From: Candidatus Saccharimonadota bacterium
GTDB taxonomy: Bacteria; Pseudomonadota; Gammaproteobacteria; Burkholderiales; Burkholderiaceae
Assembly: GCF_964019745.1 (NCBI RefSeq)
Contig: NZ_OZ026462.1
Location: 150,001 to 182,000 of the forward strand
Direction: 5' to 3'
DNA length: 32,000 bases
Both the position numbers and the translations under genes were made by a program. Shown piece after piece: positions 9,101 through 18,424 of the stretch (positions are counted from its first letter, which is position 1; each line of letters opens with the position of its first letter). Under the pieces are notes generated by a model, which ran no database searches, was not told where the DNA came from, and was given only the letters and a program-made list of their open reading frames with translations.

Positions 9101-9174
9101 TCCCTGATAGCTCAGTTTGGTAGAGCGACGGACTGTTAATCCGAAGGTCCCTGGTTCGACCCCAGGTCGGGGAG
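9101..9174 (+). tRNA. tRNA-Asn (anticodon GUU)
   Basis: TCCCTGA/TA/GCTC-AGTTTGGTA-GAGC/G/ACGGA-CTGTTAA-TCCGA/AGGTC/CCTGG-TTCGACC-CCAGG/TCGGGGA/G. 74 nt, with one A-A mismatch at 27-43 and no encoded CCA. Confidence 0.92.
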
Positions 9175-9340
9175 AAAAAATATAAAATGTTAATATTTTT
9201 TATAAAAATTTTTTATTTTAATAATAATTAATTTAAAAATTTATTTTTTTTAAAAATATAAATTTTAAATATATAAAATATTTTTATATTATATATATTA
9301 TAAAAATATATTTTTATTTTAAAAAAAATATTTATTTATA

Positions 9341-10768
9341 ATGAAAAATACTTTTTTATGGCATGATTATGAAACTTTTAGTTTAAACCCTAGATTTACT
9401 CGTCCTGCTCAATTTGCAGCTGTTAGAACTGATTTAGAATTAAATGAAATAGAAAAACCTATTTTAATATATTGTAAATTGGCAAATGATTTTATCCCTG
9501 ATCCATCTTCTTGTTTAATAACTAAAATAACTCCTGGTTTTTGTTTTAAAAATGGTATTTCTGAAAATTTATTTGCAGAGAAAATTAAAAAAATAATGTC
9601 AGTTCCTAATACTATTAATGTTGGTTATAATAATATTTCTTTTGATGATGAAGTTACTAGATTTATGATGTGGCGTAATTTAATTGATCCTTATAGTCAT
9701 ACATGGAAAAAAAAATGTAGTCGTTGGGATTTGATAAATTTAATTAAAGCAGTATATATATTTAATAATAAAAGTATTTTTTGGCCTAAAGATAATGAAG
9801 GTTTTCCAAGTTTTAAATTAGAAAATTTAGTTAAAATAAATGGTTTATTAAATGTTAAATTACATGATGCTTTAGTTGATGTTAAATCTACTATTTTTTT
9901 AGCTAAAATTATTAAAAAAAATAATTTAAAATTATTTAATTTTTGTGTTGCTTTAAGACAAAAACAACGAGTTTTAATTGAAATTGGTTTTTATTCTAAA
10001 AAACCATTTTTATATATTTCAGGTTTTTTTTCTAGAAAATATAATTGTTTATCAATAATGTTATTTTTAACTATTAATCCATTTAATAAAAATGAAGTTT
10101 TAGCTTGGGATTTAAGCTATAATATATTTGATTTTGTTGATTTTAATAAAAATCGTATTAATGATTTTTTTATTAAACAAATAAAATTTATTTATACTAA
10201 AAAAAATAATAAATCTCCAATAAAAATAATTTATTTAAATAAATCTCCATTTGTTGTAAATAATCTTAAAGTTTTATCTAAAAAAATTTTAAAAAAATTC
10301 AAAATTAAAATTGATGTAATTTATAAAAATTTTATTAATATTTCTAAAATAATTAATTGTAATTTTGTTTTTAATGATATTTTTTATAAATTTTCTAAAA
10401 AAAAAATTGATATAGAATATAATTTATATGAAAATTTTATTTCTGAAAATGATAAAAAAAAATTATTAGAAATTAAAAAATTATTTTTTTTAAAAAAAAA
10501 TAAAAAAATTTATTTTGAAAATAAATCTTTAAAAGATTTAGTTTTTCGTTATAAAGCGCGTAATTTTTATGAAATTTTGTCTTTAAAAGAAAAGAAAGAA
10601 TGGAGTAACTATTTATGTTCAGTTTTTTTTTTTAATAAAAATAATTTTTTTACTATAAATAAATGTTTAAAAAAAATTTTGTTTTTAAAAAAACAGTCAA
10701 ATAATTATGAAAAAAAAATTTTAAATTCATTATTAAAATATATTAAATTTTTAATTTTAAAAATATAA
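9341..10768 (+). CDS. sbcB: Exodeoxyribonuclease I
   Basis: 475 aa, the same length as E. coli SbcB. 'FLWHDYETF...RPAQFAAVRTD', 'VGYNNISFDDEVTRFMMWRNLIDPY', 'SRWDLINL', 'GFPSFKLENL...HDALVDVKSTI', 'YKARNF'. Confidence 0.93.
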   Translation: MKNTFLWHDYETFSLNPRFTRPAQFAAVRTDLELNEIEKPILIYCKLANDFIPDPSSCLITKITPGFCFKNGISENLFAEKIKKIMSVPNTINVGYNNISFDDEVTRFMMWRNLIDPYSHTWKKKCSRWDLINLIKAVYIFNNKSIFWPKDNEGFPSFKLENLVKINGLLNVKLHDALVDVKSTIFLAKIIKKNNLKLFNFCVALRQKQRVLIEIGFYSKKPFLYISGFFSRKYNCLSIMLFLTINPFNKNEVLAWDLSYNIFDFVDFNKNRINDFFIKQIKFIYTKKNNKSPIKIIYLNKSPFVVNNLKVLSKKILKKFKIKIDVIYKNFINISKIINCNFVFNDIFYKFSKKKIDIEYNLYENFISENDKKKLLEIKKLFFLKKNKKIYFENKSLKDLVFRYKARNFYEILSLKEKKEWSNYLCSVFFFNKNNFFTINKCLKKILFLKKQSNNYEKKILNSLLKYIKFLILKI

Positions 10769-10820
10769 TTTTTTTAAAATATTTTTTAAAAATTTATATT
10801 ATAAAATATTTTTTAAAAAT

Positions 10821-11387
10821 ATGATTTTAATGATAGATAATTATGATTCTTTTACTTATAATATTGTTTATTATTTTAAAGAATTAGGAAAAAAAGTAAT
10901 TGTTTTTCGTAATGATGAAATTACTATTAAACAAATTAAAAAAATTAATCCTAAATATATATGTTTATCTCCAGGTCCAGGAAGACCAATTGATGCTGGA
11001 ATATGTATTGAAGTTATTATTAATCTTGGAAAATATTTCCCAATTTTAGGTGTATGTTTAGGACATCAAGCAATAGGAGAGGCTTTTGGAGCAAAAATAA
11101 TAACAGCAAAGAAAATTATGCATGGTAAAATTTCTAAAATTATTCATAATGGTTCTGGAATTTTTAAAAATATTCCTAATTATTATAATGTAGTTCGTTA
11201 TCATTCTTTAGCAATTGATAGAAAATTTTTGCCTAATTGTTTGAAAATTATATCTATTACTAATGATGGAGAAATAATGGCTATTAAACATAAAAAATAT
11301 AATTTATATGGTGTACAATTTCATCCTGAATCTATATTATCTCAATATGGACACTTTTTATTACAAAATTTTTTATATTTAAAATAA
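10821..11387 (+). CDS. trpG: Anthranilate synthase component II (glutamine amidotransferase)
   Basis: 'ILMIDNYDSFTYNIV', 'LSPGPGRP', catalytic 'PILGVCLGHQAIGEAFG', 'YGVQFHPESI'. It sits directly upstream of trpD, so trpG is more likely than pabA. Confidence 0.88.
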   Translation: MILMIDNYDSFTYNIVYYFKELGKKVIVFRNDEITIKQIKKINPKYICLSPGPGRPIDAGICIEVIINLGKYFPILGVCLGHQAIGEAFGAKIITAKKIMHGKISKIIHNGSGIFKNIPNYYNVVRYHSLAIDRKFLPNCLKIISITNDGEIMAIKHKKYNLYGVQFHPESILSQYGHFLLQNFLYLK

Positions 11388-11403
11388 TATATATTATATA
11401 TTT

Positions 11404-12429
11404 ATGTTTATAAAAAAGATACTTATTGATTGTTTAGAAAAAAAAAATCTTAATTATAATGATGTAACAAAATTATTTAATAAAATTTTTAAAAATAAAT
11501 TATCTCTAGTATTAATTACTGCTATTATTATTGCTTTAAGGTCTAAAGGTGAAAGTATAGAAGAAATTATAGCTATTGTAAAAGTTTTACGTAAATTTTT
11601 AATAATTATTCCTAATAATAATAATAAAGTTAAAGATTTTTTAGATATTGTTGGCACAGGTGGGGATTTATATAATACTTTTAATATATCAACAGCTTCC
11701 ATGTTTGTTGTAGCTGCTGCTGGTGTAAAAATTGCAAAACATGGTGGAAGATTTATTTCTTCTTCTTCTGGTAGCGCTGATGTTTTAGAGGAATTAGGAG
11801 TTAATATTAATTTAAAATCTAAATATTTATTAAAATGCATTTCAAAAACTGGTATAGGTTTTATGCTTTCTTCAAATTATTATAAATGTATAAAAAATAT
11901 TTCTTTTTTACGTAAAGAATTGAAAATAAAAACTATTTTTAATATAATTGCGCCATTAGTAAATCCTCTTAATGTTCAAAAAATTTTTATGGGTGTTTTT
12001 AATAAAAATTTAATAAAAATTCAAATTTATGCATTAAAATGTTTAAATTTTAAAAAAGCTATAGTATTATGTGGTGAGGATGGTTTAGATGAAGTAACAT
12101 TAAATGGTTATACATATATTGCTGAATTAATAAATAATAAAATTGTTAAATATAAAATACATCCTCAATATTTTGGTATTAATATTGTTTCTAGTAATGC
12201 TTTTAAAGTTAATAATGTTAAAGATTCTAAACAAAAAATACTTGATGTATTTTATGGTAAGAAATCTCATTATTATGATATAGTTGTATTAAATTCTGCT
12301 GTTATATTATATTTTTCTAAAATTTCTCTCTCTATTAGAGAAGGAATTTCTAAGGCATGTGAAATAATTAATAATGGTTTGGCTTTAAAAAAATTAAATC
12401 AATTTATATATGTAACAAATAATTTTTAA
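11404..12429 (+). CDS. trpD: Anthranilate phosphoribosyltransferase
   Basis: 'ALRSKGESIEEI', 'LDIVGTGGDLYNTFNISTASMFVVAAAGVKIAKHGGR', 'SSSGSADVLEELGVNI', 'GEDGLDEVTL'. Confidence 0.93.
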   Translation: MFIKKILIDCLEKKNLNYNDVTKLFNKIFKNKLSLVLITAIIIALRSKGESIEEIIAIVKVLRKFLIIIPNNNNKVKDFLDIVGTGGDLYNTFNISTASMFVVAAAGVKIAKHGGRFISSSSGSADVLEELGVNINLKSKYLLKCISKTGIGFMLSSNYYKCIKNISFLRKELKIKTIFNIIAPLVNPLNVQKIFMGVFNKNLIKIQIYALKCLNFKKAIVLCGEDGLDEVTLNGYTYIAELINNKIVKYKIHPQYFGINIVSSNAFKVNNVKDSKQKILDVFYGKKSHYYDIVVLNSAVILYFSKISLSIREGISKACEIINNGLALKKLNQFIYVTNNF

Positions 12430-12462
12430 AAAAAATAATTTTTTTTATTATATTAAAAAATT

Positions 12463-13269
12463 ATGCAAAATATTTTAAAGAAAATTATAAAAACAAAAAA
12501 AAGGGAAATTTCTTTTTCAAAAAAAACAAATAATTTTTTTAAAATACGTAATTTAGCTGAAAAAAAATTTAAAAATTTTAAAAAAAAAAGAGGATTTGAA
12601 AAATTTTTAATAGAAAAAACTTCTAGTGGTATTTCTGCTATAATAGCAGAAATAAAAAAAGCTTCTCCTATTAAAGGTTTAATAAAAAAAAAATTTAATC
12701 CTAATAAATTAGCTATTAATTATTATAATTATGGCGCTACTTGTTTGTCAGTTTTAACAGATAAAAATTTTTTTTATGGTTCTTATAATGATTTATTAGA
12801 AGTTAAAAAATCCTGTAAATTACCTATTTTGTGTAAAGATTTTGTTATTGATTTATATCAAATATATGAGATGTATTTATATGGTGCTGATGCTATACTT
12901 CTTATATCGTCTTTATTGAATTCTGAACAAATGTTTGAATTTGAAATTTGCGCTAATAATTTAGGTATGGATGTTTTAGTGGAAGTACATAATTATAAAG
13001 ATATTGAAAAATCTTATAATTTAAAAACATCTTTAATAGGAATAAATAATCGTAATTTAAATACTTTTAAAATTTCAATAAAAAATACTAATAATTTATT
13101 AAAACATATTCCTAAAAATAAATTAATTATTACAGAATCTGGTATTTATACAAAAAATAATATTAAATATATTAAAAAATTAAAAGTTAATATATTTTTA
13201 ATTGGAGAGGTTTTTATGAAATCTTTAAATCCTGGATTAAAATTATTTAATATGTTTTATAAAAAGTAA
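12463..13269 (+). CDS. trpC: Indole-3-glycerol-phosphate synthase
   Basis: 'IIAEIKKASPIKG', 'GATCLSVLTDKNFFYGS', 'LPILCKDFVIDLYQI', 'GADAILLI', 'VEVHN', 'LIGINNRNLNTF', 'ITESGI'. Confidence 0.93.
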   Translation: MQNILKKIIKTKKREISFSKKTNNFFKIRNLAEKKFKNFKKKRGFEKFLIEKTSSGISAIIAEIKKASPIKGLIKKKFNPNKLAINYYNYGATCLSVLTDKNFFYGSYNDLLEVKKSCKLPILCKDFVIDLYQIYEMYLYGADAILLISSLLNSEQMFEFEICANNLGMDVLVEVHNYKDIEKSYNLKTSLIGINNRNLNTFKISIKNTNNLLKHIPKNKLIITESGIYTKNNIKYIKKLKVNIFLIGEVFMKSLNPGLKLFNMFYKK

Positions 13270-13369
13270 AAATTTTAAAAATTATATAATTTTTTTAAAA
13301 TTTTTTAATGATTATTTTTATTTAAATAAATATTTATATTTATATTTATTTTTTTAAAAAAAATTTCTT

Positions 13370-13373
13370 AGGA
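13370..13373 (+). promoter_or_regulatory. Shine-Dalgarno-like AGGA, 6 nt upstream of the groES ATG
   Basis: The sequence 'ttcttAGGAttttatATG' is one of very few purine/G-containing motifs in any leader in this window. Confidence 0.55.
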
Positions 13374-13379
13374 TTTTAT

Positions 13380-13670
13380 ATGAAAATTCGTCCTCTTTAT
13401 GATCGTGTTATAGTAGAACGTTTAGCACAAGAAACTAAAACTATTTCTGGGATTGTTTTACCAGATACAGCAACAGAAAAGCCAGATCAAGGAAAAATAA
13501 TTTCAGTAGGAAAAGGTAAGATTTTAGAAAATGGCAAAATTTGTCCTTTATCTGTAAAAGTTGGTGATTATGTTTTATTTGGTAAATATTCTGGACAATC
13601 AGTAAAAATTGAAGGTAAAGAATTATTAGTTATGAAAGAAGAAGATTTATTTGCTATTATTGAAAAATAA
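13380..13670 (+). CDS. groES: Co-chaperonin GroES
   Basis: '[41 protein letters not shown]' is highly conserved. 96 aa. Confidence 0.97.
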
Positions 13671-13691
13671 TTAATTATTAAATTTTTTTTT

Positions 13692-15343
<1,652 letters not shown>

Positions 15344-15397
15344 TTTTAATTTATATATTTTTTTTTTTATAAAAAAATATTTTATTTATAATTTTTT

Positions 15398-15481
15398 ATT
15401 CGGATGACGTAAATGGTAAACGTATAGTATTTTTAAATATTATAATAAAAATTATTTTGGTTCAAATCCAATTTCCGATTA
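15398..15481 (+). tRNA. Class-II (long variable arm) tRNA, most likely tRNA-Leu (anticodon UAA); non-canonical anticodon arm
   Basis: Proposed fold:
- Acceptor ATTCGGA/TCCGATT, with one T-T mismatch.
- U8, then D arm ACGT-AAATGGTAA-ACGT.
- Anticodon region TAGTA-TTTTTAAA-TATTA.
- Variable arm AATAA-AAA-TTATT.
- T arm TTGG-TTCAAAT-CCAA.

TAA (15434..15436) is the only anticodon in the loop compatible with a class-II tRNA. About 83 nt, with no encoded CCA. Confidence 0.65.
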
Positions 15482-15520
15482 TATATAAAATATTAATATA
15501 ATAAATATAATTTTAAAAAT

Positions 15521-16525
15521 ATGTTATTTCCTTGGTTTAAAAAATTTTGGAAGAAAATAAATTATTTACGTAATAAATTACCTAATGTTATTTTATTTTA
15601 TGGTAATTATGGTATAGGAAAAGTTAATTTTGTTCAATATTTTGCTAAATCTTTATTATGTGAAAATTTTTTTTCTAAGAAAAAAATATGTAATAAAAAA
15701 GAATTTTGTATTTCTTGTTTTTGGTTTAATAAAAATATTCATCCTGATTATTTTTCTATATTACCTGAAGTTATAAATAAAAATGAAAAATCTATTTATT
15801 TAAATAAATTATTATTAAATAAATTAAATATTAACCAAATAAAATTATTAATAAAATTTACTTATTTTACTAATAGTTTATGTAATTTAAAAGTAATATT
15901 ATTAAGTGATATTGAATCTTTAAATATTTTTTCTGCTAATTCTTTATTAAAAATTTTAGAAGAACCACCAAAAAAAGTAATATTTTTATTAATAGCAAAT
16001 AATTTAAAAAAAATATTACCAACAATTTTATCTCGTTGTTATAAAATAATATTAAGAAAACCTTCTTATGAAGAAAGTTTATTTTGGCTTAAAAAAAAAT
16101 CTTTAAAAAATATTGAAGAATTATTTTTTAATAGCGGAGGTTTTCCTATTTTAGCTTTAAAATATTTTTATAAAAATTATTATTTTTTTTTAAAAAAATT
16201 TTTTTCTTTTCTTTTTTATCCTAAAAATGTTGATATTAATAATTTATCTAAATATTTATTAAAAATTGATATTAAAAGTTTACTTTTAATATTACAACTT
16301 TGGTTATATGATTTATTTTTTTTAAAAACTACAAATAATATTTATTATTTTTTTCATTTTAAAAAAAAATTATTATTTTTAGTTCAAAAAACTACAATTT
16401 TAAAAATTAATTTTTTATTAAAAAAAATTAATAATGAAATATTATTATATTCAGAATTTTTATCTTCTTATTTATTTATTGAAAGTTTATTAATAGAATA
16501 TCAATTAATTTTTTTTAATTTTTAA
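15521..16525 (+). CDS. holB: DNA polymerase III subunit delta'
   Basis: 'FPWF' (compare E. coli 'YPWL'), 'PNVILFYGNYGIGK', a Cys cluster 'LLCEN...C..KEFCISC', 'HPDYF', 'ANSLLKILEEPP', 'LPTILSRC'. Confidence 0.85.
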   Translation: MLFPWFKKFWKKINYLRNKLPNVILFYGNYGIGKVNFVQYFAKSLLCENFFSKKKICNKKEFCISCFWFNKNIHPDYFSILPEVINKNEKSIYLNKLLLNKLNINQIKLLIKFTYFTNSLCNLKVILLSDIESLNIFSANSLLKILEEPPKKVIFLLIANNLKKILPTILSRCYKIILRKPSYEESLFWLKKKSLKNIEELFFNSGGFPILALKYFYKNYYFFLKKFFSFLFYPKNVDINNLSKYLLKIDIKSLLLILQLWLYDLFFLKTTNNIYYFFHFKKKLLFLVQKTTILKINFLLKKINNEILLYSEFLSSYLFIESLLIEYQLIFFNF

Positions 16526-16530
16526 AAAAA

Positions 16531-17151
16531 TTATAAATAAAGACTTAATGCTATTAATATTAAAATACTACCTAAAATACGATTTTGTATTTTTATCATT
16601 TTTTTATTTTTAAAAAAATATTGTAATTTATTAGCTGTAAAAGCATATAATATCATTATAATTCCATCTATTGTCATCATTATAATAGACATAAATATAG
16701 CTTGTTTAATTATAGGCTCAGTATTATTAATAAATTTAGGAAGAGTAGTCATCATAAAAATAATTGCTTTTGGATTAGTTATATTAGTTATAAAACCCAT
16801 TAAAAATTTTTGTAAAAATGATAAATTATATTTAATATTATTTTTATTTTTAGTATATATATTAATTATTGGTGCATTCCATTGTGAATAACCTAAATAT
16901 ATTAACCATAAACTACCAAAAATTTTTATTGTTGGTATTATTAATTTTGTATTTGACATTAATTTATTAGTGCATATTGTAATTAAAGTTATTATTATTC
17001 CTAAAGCGATTTCTTGTCCTAATATTGATATATTAGTTTTTTTCCATCCATAATTTAAACCATAACTTATAGTTAATATAGCTCCGGCTCCTGGAGATAT
17101 AGAACTAAAAAGGGTAAATAATAAAAAAGTTATTATTTTTTCTTTTAACAT
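16531..17151 (-). CDS. RhtB/LysE-family amino-acid efflux permease
   Basis: 206 aa and hydrophobic. 'SISPGAGAILTISYGLNYGWKKT' matches E. coli RhtB '[23 protein letters not shown]'. 'ITNPKAIIFMMTTLPKFI' matches 'LTNPKSIVFLAALFPQFI'. Confidence 0.85.
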   Translation of the reverse strand: MLKEKIITFLLFTLFSSISPGAGAILTISYGLNYGWKKTNISILGQEIALGIIITLITICTNKLMSNTKLIIPTIKIFGSLWLIYLGYSQWNAPIINIYTKNKNNIKYNLSFLQKFLMGFITNITNPKAIIFMMTTLPKFINNTEPIIKQAIFMSIIMMTIDGIIMILYAFTANKLQYFFKNKKMIKIQNRILGSILILIALSLYL

Positions 17152-17157
17152 ATATTT

Positions 17158-18423
17158 TTATTTTTTAATTCCTAAAAAATTAAAATTTATATTAGGTAAA
17201 CGATTAGAAATTATTTCTGAAATTGCAAATCCAGAACCAAAACTCATAGTCCAACCTAGCGCTCCATGTCCTGTATTTAAAAATAAATTTTTAAATTTAG
17301 TTTTTCCAATATATGGTATGTTTGTAGGGGTTAATGGTCTTATCCCTGCCCAATATTTAGGTTTTTTATAATTACAAGCTTTGGGAAATAATTTTTTTAT
17401 TCTTTTTGTTAAAAATTCACATTTTTTTTTATTTAATTCTCTTGTTAAATAACCATTTAATTCACAAATCCCTGCTATTCTTAATTTATTTTTTAATCTT
17501 GATATTACTAATTTATATTTATCATCTATAATTGAAATATTAGGGGTTTTTTTAAAATTTATAATTTTATATGTTGCTGAATATCCTTTTATAGGGTACA
17601 TTAATAAATTAATACCTATTGGTTTTAATAAAAATTTAGAATTTATACCAGCTGTTATAAGATAAATATCTGCTTTAAAATTTTTATAAAATCCTAATTT
17701 ATTAATAGTTTCAATTTTATTAATATATTTTTTTTTTTTTATTATTTTTGTAATAGTAGTATTAAAATTAAAAATTACTCCTTTTTTTTTTAAAATTTTT
17801 GTTAATTTAATTGCCATTTTATAAATATTCCCTGATTCATCTGAATTTGTAAAATCTCCGCAAAAAAAATTTTTTTTATTATTTTTTAAAGATGGTTCAA
17901 TATTTAAAATATCTTGTATATTTAAAATTTTTCTTTTACAACCTAAATCATTCATAAGATTTATTATAGGAATAGAAGATTTAAAATCTTCTTCTTTTGT
18001 ATAAAGTTTTAAAATTCCATTTTTTAAATGATCATAATTTATATTTGTTTTTTTTCTTAATATTTTTAATATTTTTTTACTATATTGACAAAGTGATAAA
18101 ATTTGTTTACAGTTATTAACTGTTTTAAAAGGAAAACATTCATTTAAAAAATTTTTTATCCATTTAAATTTAAATGTTTTTAATTTCATTTTTATATAAA
18201 TTGGAGAATTTTTTTTATTTATCCATTTTAATATTTTAAAAGGTGTTAAAGGATTTGACCAAGGTTCTGAATTTGATTCAGAAATTTGACATCCATTTGC
18301 AAAGCTTGTTTCTTGTGCTACTCCAGATTGTCTATCAATAATAATAATTTTATGTCCTTCTTTATTTAAAAACCATGCTGATGTTATTCCTATAATCCCT
18401 GCACCTAAAATTATAATTTTCAT
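17158..18423 (-). CDS. dadA: D-amino-acid dehydrogenase (FAD-dependent, quinone-linked), DadA-like
   Basis: The N-terminal FAD fold 'MKIIILGAGIIGITSAWFLNKEGHKIIIIDR' is present. 'YPIKGYS' and 'AGIRPLTPTNIPYIGKTKFKNLFLNTGHGALGWTMSFGSG' align closely with E. coli DadA '[40 protein letters not shown]'. Confidence 0.88.
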   Translation of the reverse strand: MKIIILGAGIIGITSAWFLNKEGHKIIIIDRQSGVAQETSFANGCQISESNSEPWSNPLTPFKILKWINKKNSPIYIKMKLKTFKFKWIKNFLNECFPFKTVNNCKQILSLCQYSKKILKILRKKTNINYDHLKNGILKLYTKEEDFKSSIPIINLMNDLGCKRKILNIQDILNIEPSLKNNKKNFFCGDFTNSDESGNIYKMAIKLTKILKKKGVIFNFNTTITKIIKKKKYINKIETINKLGFYKNFKADIYLITAGINSKFLLKPIGINLLMYPIKGYSATYKIINFKKTPNISIIDDKYKLVISRLKNKLRIAGICELNGYLTRELNKKKCEFLTKRIKKLFPKACNYKKPKYWAGIRPLTPTNIPYIGKTKFKNLFLNTGHGALGWTMSFGSGFAISEIISNRLPNINFNFLGIKK

Positions 18424-18424
18424 T

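Noticed and set aside
11454-11840. A 128-aa ORF antisense to trpD
   Set aside because: It lies entirely within, and antisense to, a strongly conserved trpD. It is the mirror image of the relatively G/C-containing GTGGD/AAAG region and has no family resemblance.
13270-13379. A heat-shock (sigma-32) promoter or CIRCE element upstream of groES
   Set aside because: I found no CCCCAT-like -10 element, no CTTGAAA -35 element, and no CIRCE inverted repeat (TTAGCACTC-N9-GAGTGCTAA) in the 110-nt leader. Only the AGGA ribosome-binding site is recognisable.
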